Assembly: GCA_965645245.1 (NCBI GenBank)
Contig: OZ287074.1
Coordinates: forward strand, 1,302,001 to 1,366,000
Direction: 5' to 3'
Length of the DNA stretch: 64,000 nucleotides
DNA from: Massalongia carnosa
Lineage: Eukaryota
The translations under genes and the position numbers were made by a program. The notes beneath the pieces are model-generated. The model saw only the letters and a program-made list of their open reading frames with translations. It had not been told where the DNA came from and did no database searches. Positions 25,740 to 38,114 of this stretch are shown here, in pieces. Each line of letters begins with the position of its first letter. Within the stretch, counting starts at the first letter, position 1.

Positions 25740-26901
25740 CGTCAAAGTCGATCAAGGTTCGAGGTGGTCTGGTAATCATGTAACGACTCGAGGTTGCGGC
25801 TAATATATCGAAATGCCTAGATAAAAAAGAGTAGGATATGACGCCAAGAGAGTTGTTGATATACAGCAAAGCCGGGTATTATTTAAACAGTGAGGAGATG
25901 ATAAGAGTGAGAGAGCAAACAGGCCCCGGGAGGAACAGCCGCTAATAGCGACATGTGGATGATAAATCCTCGCATCCGGCTGCAGGTGTGCTCATCATCT
26001 TCCCTTACCAGAACTAGCTGCCGGCGTAGTGCTCCTCCATCCATCATCTCGTAGCTAGAAATTCTCGAGAGACACGCCAATGGCCGATAGTTGAGTGACC
26101 AGAAGAGTAAAGTACGTAAAACAAAGCTTAATCGCATCGCTAAAGACGCTAGATAGACAAGCAGCCAAATCGATTTGCCGAAGGATACCCATCATTACAC
26201 GACGTCGGCGTCTAGTCGATGCCTGGAACCGCTGGGATTCCTAATCATATCTGATACAGCCCACGATTACAGCTTGGCGCCTATTCCACTATTTGCTGGA
26301 GCTTTGGATGATGTAAACCTTGTACTATATGGCGTGCAAGGAGCAGCTTTTCCAATACACTGGTTTCGTTGAGTGCCTCAGTGCGCTTGTTACATTTGTT
26401 ATAAGAACCGCTGGGGAACTGTACAGTCTATCTTATATTTCTTCTGGTTGATTTAGCAACGGGCAACCGTCTCCTGGACAATTATGTACTTGCAAAGGCC
26501 CCCCCAAAAACGGTCACAAATGGGTAAGACTTCGAAATTGTCGCCATCCATAAACTCGCCGGGTTTGCCGTGAAAGCCAGAAGACAAGATACTGGGTGAA
26601 TGTACTATTGGACCATATTACATTACATTCATTCTTGCCCGCAGTTCCCTGCATGCTTAACCAACCTGTCCCACCGAGTCAAATAACCAATCATTCGAGA
26701 CGAACGGTTCCATCCCCTTTACGAAACATCGTTCGGAACGTAAATGTTAGGAACCGACGCAACTTCTGTACAAGAAAGTATTATCAAATCAACCGCCGGG
26801 AAGACATCAAGAGTAGCCATATTCTCAACCTCCCCATGCTACATTAGTTTCGTAGACCATACCAGCTGGCGGAGCTACAAGCAACTTCCCCAAGGGTTCT
26901 T

Positions 26902-27998
26902 CTAATTGCATTTCCTGATCAATAAAGCGTTTATAGTGACTGGCGAGCACTGAGCGGCCCAGTACCTGTCATATAGGTTGTAGAAAGTGCCGCTTAGGCA
27001 TTGATAAAAGACGTTGGATCCACCTAGCGCGAGGGAACCGTTGTTACAGATCGAGAAACCGGCAGTTATAATAGCACCAGCCTGAGGAGGGCCATCGAAT
27101 TGGAATTGATAGTTCGCGGCGATGTACCCAACACGGCCCTGCTGATCTTTGAGAACTCCGTCCTCAAGGGTAATAGCGAGCGACCCTGGCTCATCGCAAT
27201 AAGACATAGCTAGAGTAGGAGGCGTCGCGTTCGAGGGGGTGGAGGAGGAGACAGGCCTAGCGGAAGAAGCAATTGGGGCGGAAGAAGCAATCGAAGCTGA
27301 AGTGGTAGAAGACGTTGTTGGTGCAACTGAAGCAGGAGACGAGGTGCTCGAGGTACTCGTAGAAGCAGATGTCACGGAGCTTTTGGGCGTACTTGTTGAG
27401 ACTGGGGCTGGGGCCGGCGTCTGAGAGACAGCCGGAACAGGTGCAAGGGTAGCTTTAGCGGTTGAGGTTGCAGGAACCTGTAGCTGACCGTCCTTTGTTT
27501 GTGTAGCCGGGGGTGCATTTACATTTAACTGGCCGTCGACAAGCTGTGTTGCTGGAGCGTAGTGGCAGTCACCAGTCTGGTTGACAGATAACATGGTTAC
27601 ATTATGTAGACTGCCTTGTACTTGGCCTAGCACATAGTTAGCAATCATGGTATTCCTCAGCTTCCACGCCTCCAGTTGGCTTACCATCTCCGATTTGCCG
27701 AACAAGGGCCACCGTCAGTGGACCACACCTGTGAATCACAACTTAGTTTCATTGTCTTCTAAGCTGAAATTGAATGCAATCCTTACACGACTGACGAAGT
27801 CGATACGTCTCTCTTGACTGCTGCAGCAGTTGTGCTCACGTTATGGACAGCAATACCAAAACTGCCAGCAAGTGTGGGCTGACATCCTGGTGGAGCAGGG
27901 TTGGTTGGGGAGATTTTGGCAGTGACAGCTTGTGGGAAGGCGACGGGGTTTGCCTTCACGAGAGCCGCAAGGGCAAGAATAGCAAAGCAATATTGCAT
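26902..27998 (-). CDS. PIR-family covalently linked cell-wall protein
   Basis: Signal peptide, KR Kex2 site, spliced QIGDGQVQ repeat plus DGQL repeats, Ser/Thr-rich stalk, C-terminal GYIAANYQFQFDGPPQAG four-Cys domain. Confidence 0.9.
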
Positions 27999-30900
27999 TT
28001 TGCGGTATTAATCGTGGTATTAGTATTAGGATGGTTTACAAGCAGAGAAACTGGCAATGCTATAGCAGTACTTGCAAGGAACAACGAGCGATGGAAGAGC
28101 GAGTGAACGAAGGTGCGTGTGTGTAAACAAAAGGAACGATTTTTTTTCCTTTCGAACGGACGGATAATATCTCCAGGAATGGGCGGGAGATTGAGACTTT
28201 ATTGTCAGCGTACTGATGCCCTATCTGTATGTACGCTGAGTCCGTAGCCAATCAGAAAAGGGGGCTGAATCTAAGGGGAAACCCAGCCCCCGCTAGTTCT
28301 GGTTACAACCAAGGTTGCTGGGAAGACTTTGCCGTCTGCTTGACCAGGTCAAGTCGGGATTGAGAAGCCATTGACCTCATCATTGGGTTAACGAGGCCAA
28401 ACGATAGGCGAGGAAATGTGGGTTTTCTTTGCCATATGATTGGATGATCGAATAAAGGAGGTCGGTTCTAAGAAATCGCTAACGGCTGGGGAATTGCGTT
28501 TCCAGAATGCTTCGGGAATAAATGCAAAAAAAATAATCGAACACCGAAGAGAAAGCCGTGATGACGAGTTTTTCTGAAAAGTTGCTTCGTACAACGGAGC
28601 AACATGATGGAACCCTCTGTGCTTTTTTTCATCGACGAGAACACCACGATTGTCGTTGTTCTCACTCATTTTGCCTTATTTACTCCGTAAACTCCGTATG
28701 CGCTGCTTATGCGGGTACTCCCCCTCTCCTGAATGTGACCTAATAGTCAGACGTGCATGAAGGGTAGACCAACCTCCCTGAAAGATATTCTCTCTTGTAA
28801 TTCCCCTGATTGAGATGCTTAACCCCGCTATGACGCACTCGACAAGGTACGAGGCCTCGGATCCTGACGACCGCCTTAACTTATCTACTTTGGGAGGTTG
28901 GCTGGGCGCCCTACACGGAGTAAGACGGAGAGAATGTCCGAGAATGGCCAAACGGAATATTCTAGATTGTTCCAGGTTCATAAATATTCGAAAGGTGGTC
29001 TAATCTTTACAGAGTACTTCGTACCACCACATAACTATGTGGATTGGTTCACGGTTGACATTGCTAGGCCAACCTCGGCGTCTCCAATGAGGGTGTTACA
29101 ACAAGATCTCCGATCTCATCACTCTCTTTCCTGCCTGCTTCTTGACTTTAGGAATTCGTCTTGTCGCAAATCGCCATTGGTTTTGGTCGTATTGTGGCTT
29201 TGACTTCTCATATCGCTGGACATCTCAATACTTGGTAGAGTACGTTGAGTTAGGTACGATTTAACAGAGCACTCCGCTTCAAGACTCTAACCTGCTTCAG
29301 AGCCAATGTGATGATACTTTTGGCGCCCGGAAAACGGTGTATCAATGCTCCGATGGATCCTGTTCTTCATTCAGGCCTTGCCAGCTCATGGAAATTAGCG
29401 GTTCCTATTTATCCTACGTACACACAAACCTTGCAACCCCCCGTTGTTATCACACATGAGTCTGATAGAATGAACTCATGTTAACATAGCAATATTGAAA
29501 AAAATATGTTGAACGGGGAGCCTATAAACCGTGCGCGATTCCTGGCTAAAATTGTGGTTTGGACCACGATATGTGAAAATAGAGTCAGGATCAGAGAAAA
29601 TTACTTATAAAAAGTCCATTGCGAAGCCTGACCGAATCCTTATGCAGGATATGAATCGCTCTCGACCAAGCTTGAGGAAGGCATGTACCCAGCTGGGAGA
29701 AAACCGTACTGGCACCATTCAATACCGCATTAGACTTTAGAAGGCATCGAACAGATAAGCCGTTGGAATCTTGCTCAAAGAATGTTAGCATAAAGAGAAC
29801 CAAAAGTGACCAAGATATTGGATTCGGATACATTATAAATAAGTAGAATCTTGGACACCTGGGTCACCTTTCGAGCACGTCGTGAACAATAGATTGCGGG
29901 ACTGGCATAAAGGTATGAAGAAACAACGATGCATAGGCGATGAGCCCAGAGACTAGAGATTCAAGGGCATCTCGTCCCACCATTTCAAGGACATATCATC
30001 TATGGAGTCGGTGCGAATACATCATCAGCATATTGTGGTCTCTTAGGATACCTCTATGGCTACACCGGACCAAGTCCTTCTCCTTACGTAGATTGAAGAC
30101 CGTCCTGCTAACCTATTTTCTGCTGTGCCACGCGAAAGTTTTCTTTTCGTGGTGATAATAACTAGTTGCTGTGCAATAGGTAAATGTTTCGTATCAAGCC
30201 TCTTACTAGGTAATATGGTTAAAGCAGCAAAGGCGTTAGACACCCAACACGAATGGGAGTATTTGAGTCTCAGAATCGATGTGCAACATGATCGTTCGTT
30301 TATATTGCACGAATTATATGAAACATTACCAGCTAAATACCTTTTTCGATGATTAGGTTCATTATATCGCCACTTCCCTGATACTGCAATTTCTAGGCTT
30401 TCTCTCCTCGTTACTCCCTGAGCTGCCATTCATTCTGTTGTTTTGCTTGTCGTTGCAGGCAGCAAATAACAGAAGACCTATCAGCTCCACCAGCCATGAT
30501 CTATATACAAAGGAGGTTCTTCTAAAGGGAACATCCTGCATCATATCTCCCGTTCTCTCATCGGAGTGGATATGCTTTGTTCTTAAAAACCGGCTACAGA
30601 TCGGGGATTGAATGTGAAGGGTGTTGTTGTCCTTCTTGGAAATACCTGTCAGCGCAACGTTCTTTTTACGCTTCTTTTGGTTTCATTGATTATTTTCCTA
30701 TTCATGTTTTAGTATTTGGAAAAGCATTCCCTTAGTGCCAGTACCAAATGCATGACAATTTCAATTTGCGCAAAAACAGATCCGTCTACTTGTATTTGGC
30801 CCCTTTCGCAGGACGCTCGGAATAAGAAAAATAGCTCATTATATTATTATTCGAATTCTATATACAATGTGGTCGAACCAATTAATGATACGCGAAGTAG

Positions 30901-31993
30901 AAAAGCAATAAGTGGACAGACGAAAGGGTATTTCAAATCGGAAATTTGGTGAACGAGACTCCTGTATACTTCATGTAAGTGTCCTTGCAAGCCGGCACTC
31001 GGGACATTTCTGATAGATTGACAATGAGAATATGGGTAAATATGTCTTGCCTCCGGCGGCAGTTCACCTAGATAATGGGCATGGATTGAGCATACCGTGA
31101 AAATCCATAATCTCTGTTCCGATCTCGTCGATCGCATTTGCTTTCGTATATAGTTTTCGTTGGCGAATGGCGTAAGGTTAAATTTCCCCTTTATTCCTAT
31201 TTCTTAAGGTATCTCCCTCGGTTTGCATCTGATCTTCAGCTTACTTGAAGGCGTAAAGTGGGGATAAAGATAAAACCAAAGGCCCTAGCTCAATCTATAA
31301 GAAGAGATTTCTACCAACCATTCAAGAATAAGGAAATTTAGCGTTGGCATGTAATGCAGTTACTCTAAGGACCCAAACGGTCCCAAGGAGTAAACAGGAT
31401 GGAAAAGACAAGCTTGGTAATTGCTCCTTCTCGTTGGTTGGGCAACTCTCTTAGTGGAGCTTGCTTCTGAAGTATAGTTGAGTGATGGCAGGAAGTTACG
31501 ATAGTCGCACTATCGTGAATATTCGCGCGCTACTGAGGGATAAGAGACGTACAAAGTAGTCAGTAGGTCACTGGCCAGGCCTCACGATGATCACCGGCTC
31601 TTATTGCAAACTGGACGCTTCCAACGGAAATCACCACTGAACGCTACTTTGGACCTCTTTTTTGCTTTTTCTTCATACTAACTTCTTTTCACAATGTTAT
31701 CTTGGAGAGCAGTAATTTTCCAAATTCAAATGGTAAAGACGACAAATCTCAGAACGAGAACTGTTACTCTATGAGATAGTGTTGTAGTACAGAGTATGTA
31801 CTCTTATATTCTATATTGTCGCCACGGGACGCTCGGGGAAATATATGGTAATTACTGTTCATGAAGCTAAGTGAGATCCCAAGCATCATCGACTTAACCA
31901 CAATGGCCTTTTGCAAGTACTTGCTACAGAAGCGCAGGTCAATACAGACGAAGAGGACATAAAACACTGGTCGTTGACAGCGCTTCTCACTAT

Positions 31994-33145
31994 CTACTGC
32001 TTGGATCCATTGGTAGTGTCGAAAAAGCTCTTTACACGTGCAATCACAATACCTTGATCTTCATCACTCAGTGTATAATACATCGGCAGTCGCACCAAGC
32101 GGTCGCTTTCTAAGGTGGTGTGAACTTCCTTGCCAGCAAATCGGCCCTGCTTCTGGCCCAGAGGCCGAGGGTGCAGCGGAACATAATGCGCTGAAGCCGT
32201 GATACCATCTTTCTTCATATGGCGAATGAATACATCTCGCTCTTCTTTGCTTTCTAGCCTGACGAAAAACATGTGCCCATTGTGCACTCGCCCCGCAGGA
32301 ACGACAGGAAGGCGCAGTTTCCCGGCCTCAGATAATGGTTGGAGCGCTGTAAAGTACGAGTCCCATAGTTGACGCCTCCGGGAGCTAATTCTATCCTCCT
32401 GTTCCAGCTGAGCCCAGAGATAGGCTGCTTGCACTTCCGACATGATGAAATTGCCGCCAATGTCGATCCATTCGTACTTGTCAACTTCCCCTCGGAAGAA
32501 TTGGCGCCGGTTGGTGCCGTTATCATAGACCACTTCAGCGCGTGTGACGAGGGATGGGTCGTTGATGACGACTGCTCCGCCCTGACCACCGGACGTGAAG
32601 TTTTTCGTCTCGTGAAAGCTGAAGCAGGAGATGTGGCCTATTGAACCTAGAGCTTTGGTCTTGTAGGTGGAAGTCAGGCACTGCGCAGCGTCTTCGACAA
32701 CGAGTAGGTTGTGCTTATTTGCCAACGCCATGATAAAATCCATATCGCATGCGACGCCCGCATAGTGAACCGGCACTATGGCGCGGGTCTTATTTGTGAT
32801 GGCAGCCTCAATCTTGGTATGATCCATGTTCATGGTTCCTTCCTCGATATCAACGAAAACCGCAGTAGCACCACGCAAAACGAACGCATTGACGGTGGAG
32901 ACGAAGGTATAACTTGGTACAATTACTTCGTCGCCCGGTTTGATATCCACCAGGATAGCCGCGACTTCAAGGGAGGAAGTACATGAGGTAGTTAGGAAAG
33001 CATTTCCACCTCCTAAGCGCTTTTCAATCCATTGCTGGCACCGGCGGGTATATTCTCCGTTTCCGCACAGGTGGGAGGTTTTCATGGCCTCCTTGATGTA
33101 GTCAACCTCGGTGCCGACGATAGGGGCCTCATTGAATGGTATCAT
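31994..33145 (-). CDS. wecE: (d)NDP-4-amino-4,6-dideoxygalactose transaminase (WecE/RffA, DegT/DnrJ/EryC1/StrS family), intronless
   Basis: MIPFN start, YTFVST.NAFVLRGA, VPVHYAGVAC, VVEDAAQ, CFSFHETKN (PLP lysine), GTNR.QFFRG.VDKY, QAAYLWAQLE match E. coli WecE motifs along the whole length. Confidence 0.93.
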   Translation of the reverse strand: MIPFNEAPIVGTEVDYIKEAMKTSHLCGNGEYTRRCQQWIEKRLGGGNAFLTTSCTSSLEVAAILVDIKPGDEVIVPSYTFVSTVNAFVLRGATAVFVDIEEGTMNMDHTKIEAAITNKTRAIVPVHYAGVACDMDFIMALANKHNLLVVEDAAQCLTSTYKTKALGSIGHISCFSFHETKNFTSGGQGGAVVINDPSLVTRAEVVYDNGTNRRQFFRGEVDKYEWIDIGGNFIMSEVQAAYLWAQLEQEDRISSRRRQLWDSYFTALQPLSEAGKLRLPVVPAGRVHNGHMFFVRLESKEERDVFIRHMKKDGITASAHYVPLHPRPLGQKQGRFAGKEVHTTLESDRLVRLPMYYTLSDEDQGIVIARVKSFFDTTNGSKQ

Positions 33146-33737
33146 TGTGCAGCGACTTGGAGAAGCAACTGTTCAGGGGCTTTGCGGAAGTCTGACAAGC
33201 CTAATTCAACCTTGTCCACTATCTTTTACACACAAGGAAAATCGGTCAGAACCCAAAAACCAAACAAAGAAGAGCAAACTATGACAGTCACGGCCTTTAG
33301 CAAAGAGTAGTATGCTGGAAAAAATGGAGCAGTTGAGGGTGAGTTTAAGTAGCGGATGAAGTCGTAAGGGTTACTCTAGATGCCAGCCAGGGGGAAACAC
33401 GATCTTAGGCGGGTAAGATTCACCAAGCTTTGCTAACATACCATCCTGCAAAGAAATACACTCTGCCTTGAAAGGACGGCCCTCGAGGCACTTACTCTAT
33501 GTATACTTCGTATTCTTCTTCTTCAAGGAAATACCATCACTAATGCTGCAAGTAGATGGATTGGCCTGACAAGGCATCGGATTGAATCAAACCAACTCAA
33601 CCTGCATCCTTAGCTGCATCTGCCTTGCAGGAAAATTCCCATCCGAAGGAATCCGGGGCCGTGCCTCAAGGCTTTCAACATATGGATCATATAGAGTATA
33701 CTTTGTAATCATTTAATCCGTCTCTCTGCACCTGCAT

Positions 33738-33769
33738 CGAGATAAGTCTGCAGCGAGATAAGCCTGCAG
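33738..33769. promoter_or_regulatory. 16-bp tandem duplication containing two AGATAAG GATA sites upstream of wecE
   Basis: CGAGATAAGTCTGCAG CGAGATAAGCCTGCAG, about 600 bp upstream of the ATG. Confidence 0.4.
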
Positions 33770-34574
33770 CGCGCCCCCTCGTTTCCGGTACTCTGGACAG
33801 TTGTGCATATAATCCCAGGGTCGCCAATCGCATAATCACCTCGCCAACATGAATCATCTGGGGTACGATACGAATCGTGGGTCGGTTTCTCCTACGGGGC
33901 TTAAGATCTCATCCCAAAACGCCATTATCACTAGGGTAGGTAAGGGAACGAACCTATGATAGGTACTGAGTAGCTATCTGTTACGCTAACCCTTGCCTTT
34001 TGTTATTTATTGCTTTATTTTCTTTTTTTTTCGTTTTATGTATACCTCTCTCCGCCATCGGAGACACCTTTAAAACGAACAAACTCGACGATACTCCCCG
34101 TACGGTGCTAGGAACGCCAACCAAAACCCGGTACGGTAACCAATAACGCATATACTCGTTCTTTCACTCATCCATCCATTTCCTCGTTTCAAGCCCCGCT
34201 TGCTTTGCATCCTCTTTGTTGTATCTTGCATCTCGATCTCTATACAGAATGCAGGTGTGTCTTACGCTTTTCTTTTCCAACCTGAGAGGTTGGGGGGGAA
34301 GGGAGGGGTTTACGTTGGATCTTCCGTGCTGTACGTGAGTTTTGCCTTTCGGCCTAATCCATAATACCGCGTAGGTGTGAAGATGGGAAGGAAGTGAAGC
34401 CGTCTGTCTGTTTATTTGGTTTTTTCAAGAACCTATTATGTGCCTACTCTATCTTAGCCGCATCGTCTCGCCTGGCACAAATATCCCGGGGGAAAAAACA
34501 ACCTTGTTGGCTATTCTAGTATCCACCTCCCTTCATAGGTCTCACGTTCCCTTCCCAACTACCCTCCCCTCTTA

Positions 34575-35827
34575 CTAACTTCCTCTCTTACCCTCCCCCG
34601 TCCACTCCCATAGCAGATCCTCGCCCGCACCCCGTACCAACACGTGAAAATGCTCCAAAGCGCCCACACTTTGCAGCGCTGTCCAATTCTTGAACCACAG
34701 AACCCGATCCTCGGCCGCCCCCGCTTCCTTGCCCTTCCCATCCCCGTCCCACTCCTGCTGCCGCTCCCGTGCCAGCCGCTTGACAAAAACGCGGTTCACG
34801 AACCCCTGCACTAGCGCCCACGCTTCCGGCACGAGGCTGCCGTCCGCGGTGTTCACGGCTAGGGGGGTCTTGAGCCAGACGACCATGTGGTCGATGTCGG
34901 GCGTGAAGCCGTAGGGCCAGTCGTTGCGGAGGATGCGGTAGTCGTGCGAGGATCCGAAGGGGGTGGGGTCGACGACTGCGAAGCGTGATTGCGGTTGTTG
35001 GGGTTGGTCTTGTGTGGCGGGTTCGGGCTGCCAGTGCAGGCGCTGCTGGCAGATGTAGGTCTGGATGCTGCCGTATTGGGCCTTGATGTCGCGGGACCAG
35101 GCGATGTAGCGGGCGAGCTGGGATGGGGTGCGGCGGAAGATGGAGAGGTCGTTTTTGGCTATTAGAGGGAGAAGGGAAAGGGGATCAAGCGGTAAGCTAA
35201 GTCGGACTGTTTGAGAGGATGGGGGGAAAATGGGGTTTTGGCTTGGAAAAAAAAAGCGAGTGTGGAAGAATATATATGAAGGAAGACAAATGGGGACGTT
35301 TCTTAAGGGGAGAAATAGAATGAATGAATCCCTCCTTCTGATCTGGTGCTCGCCGAAAGAAGATGGGAAAGCATGGGAAAACATGGTCGAGAAGCCTCCA
35401 TCTACGGGTAATTCTTATCCAGAGCACCATGGGGAAAAGAATAGAAAAAATAAAAGAAGGAAAGAACGGGAGGTGAAAATATCCTTCTTCTTCTTCTTCT
35501 TCCGCAATAGCAAAATCGGAGGGATCACTGCAAACAAGAACCCCTCCCCCTCTCAAAAATCCCCGGAACAGCAGAAAAATCAACGACGCCGCCAAACCAA
35601 CCAATATAAACCCCAAACCCCAAACCCAAAAAATCCTCAAACCATAAAAACCACGCACCGACAATCTCGCCCAACTCGGCCCACGTGTGCGGCACGAACT
35701 CCTCGTCCGTCTGCGACAGGATCAGACGATCTACATCCGTGAGGGGGAAGGGCGGGGGGGGGTCTTCTGGTTCTTCTTTATTTTGCGGGGGATCGACAGG
35801 GTGGGACCCGGAGGCCGGGTGGGCCAT
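34575..35827 (-). CDS. DUF3605 protein (GIG1-like, HIT-like HxH motif), two exons
   Basis: Exon 1 PPFPLTDVDR...PHTWAEL; exon 2 NDLSIFRRTPS, ILRNDWPYG, HMVVWLK, WFKNWTALQSVGALEHFHVLVR. Confidence 0.85.
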
Positions 35828-36215
35828 CTTGGAAGGACGAGACGGGACGGGAGGGAGGTCCGTTTGTCGGTTTCGGTGGTTTGCAGGTGCGTGATTTGGG
35901 GGGGGGGGGAGAAGGGGGGGAGAAGGGAGGAGTGTGTGTGTATGGGAAATGGAATGCAGGGGGAGAGGAGCGGCGTGTTGTGTTTATTAACTTGGTATTA
36001 TACTATGTTAGGGTTGAGATCCAAGAACCGATCAAACTTGACGGGTTTCCCCCTTACAAATAGTTACGATCAATACGCGAGATTTTGATCCCTCCGCGAC
36101 TGTACCTACCTACCGGCAAGTATTTACAGTATCCTCTGTACTGCAGGAGGTAGATGGTGATTTCAGGGAGTTATCTGAATGTATATGGGGGGCCGGGGAG
36201 ATATGGGGCAGGGAG

Positions 36216-36255
36216 AGCGTCCCGTTCATGCAGCGTCCCGTTCGTGCAGCGTCCC
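36216..36255. repeat. 16-bp tandem repeat (2.5 copies) upstream of the DUF3605 gene
   Basis: AGCGTCCCGTTCATGC AGCGTCCCGTTCGTGC AGCGTCCC. Confidence 0.8.
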
Positions 36256-38114
36256 ACGGATATTTGCTGCCTTGCAGCTAGTTTCCTCTCTTCGATACGA
36301 TCGGCCTGTATTACGTGTTTGCACCCCTCCATGATTGCAATGTGTACCGGAACGCTGTGCTAGAAACCGTACATCTCTGGCCCAATGTGCCGGATGAAAT
36401 CGAGCTGAAAAGTAGCGTTTCATATACCACTTGAAGCTTTAGTAGCTGGCTAACCTTGTGCTCCCGAGTTCGGAGGGCGATCCACCCCGGAAAAACACAT
36501 GTCTCCTTTAACCTCATCTTCCGTCAAACCCATAAACCTTGGAAACTACCTTGATCACCTCAGGCCTGACTAGCAAGTCCTGTTCTTCAAGGTTCTTGTG
36601 CGTTTCTTTGAGATATGGCTGCGTGTGGTGGTTTTCGAGTTCGACTTTGGACGCCCATCTATCACCAACTTGGATTTAGCCCATCCTAGCTGTTATTGGG
36701 CCATGATCTCCTTTTGAAATTCAAGCTGTGATTACGAAACAAAACATGTTTTGATAACTCAATGTAATGAGAAGACAACACAGAATACAGCAGGTAGACG
36801 GGGAGAGAAAAGTTTGCCGAGAACGGGCAAGAAATTGGAGAGGAAAGGGTGGGTGAGAGGGAACACAAACTCCTCGATTAGCACCAAATCTGGCACACCG
36901 CTTTCGTTATCCTTATCATGTTGCATCCAGACCGCATAGCGTAGGCACCCTTTTTCGTTTTCGTGAACATTTTTGGCAAGGGAGACAAGGATTTCTTGGA
37001 CCTAGGGATTTGTGGAGGGATCTTTTAGTTGTTGATAGCGTGAGAAGAGGGAGAAAAAAAGCGGGGAAGCTAAAAAAAAAAAAGTTCGAGACCATCAATC
37101 AAAAAATGAATGCGAAGGGCTTCAGGGATTCGAAGCAGAAACTGCAAGAAACAAATATCAAAACCCTAAGAGAAACGAAGATTGGGGAGAAGCAAGAAAC
37201 CAAGTGAGGAGACACATACGCGCTCGACCTTCCCAGCACGGGGCGAAAGGATGCAGACCATATTGACCGTATCTGACATCTCCCGCGCTGAGTTACGATT
37301 GAATGATTGGAAGCGGCCTCCTTTCTGACCCGAAATATTCGCGCAACCGATCTAATCTGGTTTCTTTGCCTGGAAAGACTCTAAAGTGCTCAACTGTTTC
37401 CAAGAAATCGACAAGGGAACGGCCTGAATAGTAAACACGAAGGGAGGGGAAATCAAACGAATCAGGCTTGCTATAAGATTTTCAAAGGGGCGTTTGTAAA
37501 GGATGGGACGAAAAGATACCGTGGTGGCTGTACTCGCTAGGATGTATGGTAACGGATTCTCTCTACCCAGTTTAGAGTATTATGTATGACCTTTCACCGT
37601 ACTTTGCAGGAGCACGGTCTAAGACGACAAACCCTTCCCATTCCCAGCCCGGCGGTCTTTCATGAACGAGCCAAGTGCCATAGATTCCGCCAGGTGCGGG
37701 GAGGAGCGCAGAAGAGTTGGAAGCGTTCGATGGCGTGATGTCAAGATCACGGAAAGTCTGCGGGGCTAGTGATTGATCGCATTGCTAGTTCATGCACATG
37801 CTAGCTGGAAGCTTTTGCACTTGCAGAACCCCGTAAAATAAAAATTCTCGCAACGCTGCACTTTGTAATCTGTACATGGTTATGATTTGGGCGTTTATCA
37901 TCAACTTGATGGAGCGCCGAGGAGGTAATGTGGATCCTTGCGTCCAAAGTTGCTTTGTTCCAAATTCATTTCATTGGTGCTGCTTAACGAATGCAAGACT
38001 TTTCCCTCTCCGTCTATTTCTAGTCCTTTTCCTAATTGAATTTTCATTGGTTTCGGACATGCCCCCAGGATCCTCCGACTTCACAACCTGTTCTCTAGCC
38101 TATTACCACTTGAG

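Noticed and set aside
28300..31900. Possible missing glycosyltransferase or acetyltransferase downstream of wecE
   Set aside because: Only short ORFs without recognisable motifs; a heavily decayed gene cannot be excluded without a translated search.
36617..36660. tRNA-like GTTCGA motif
   Set aside because: No cloverleaf; too short and lacks D and anticodon arms.
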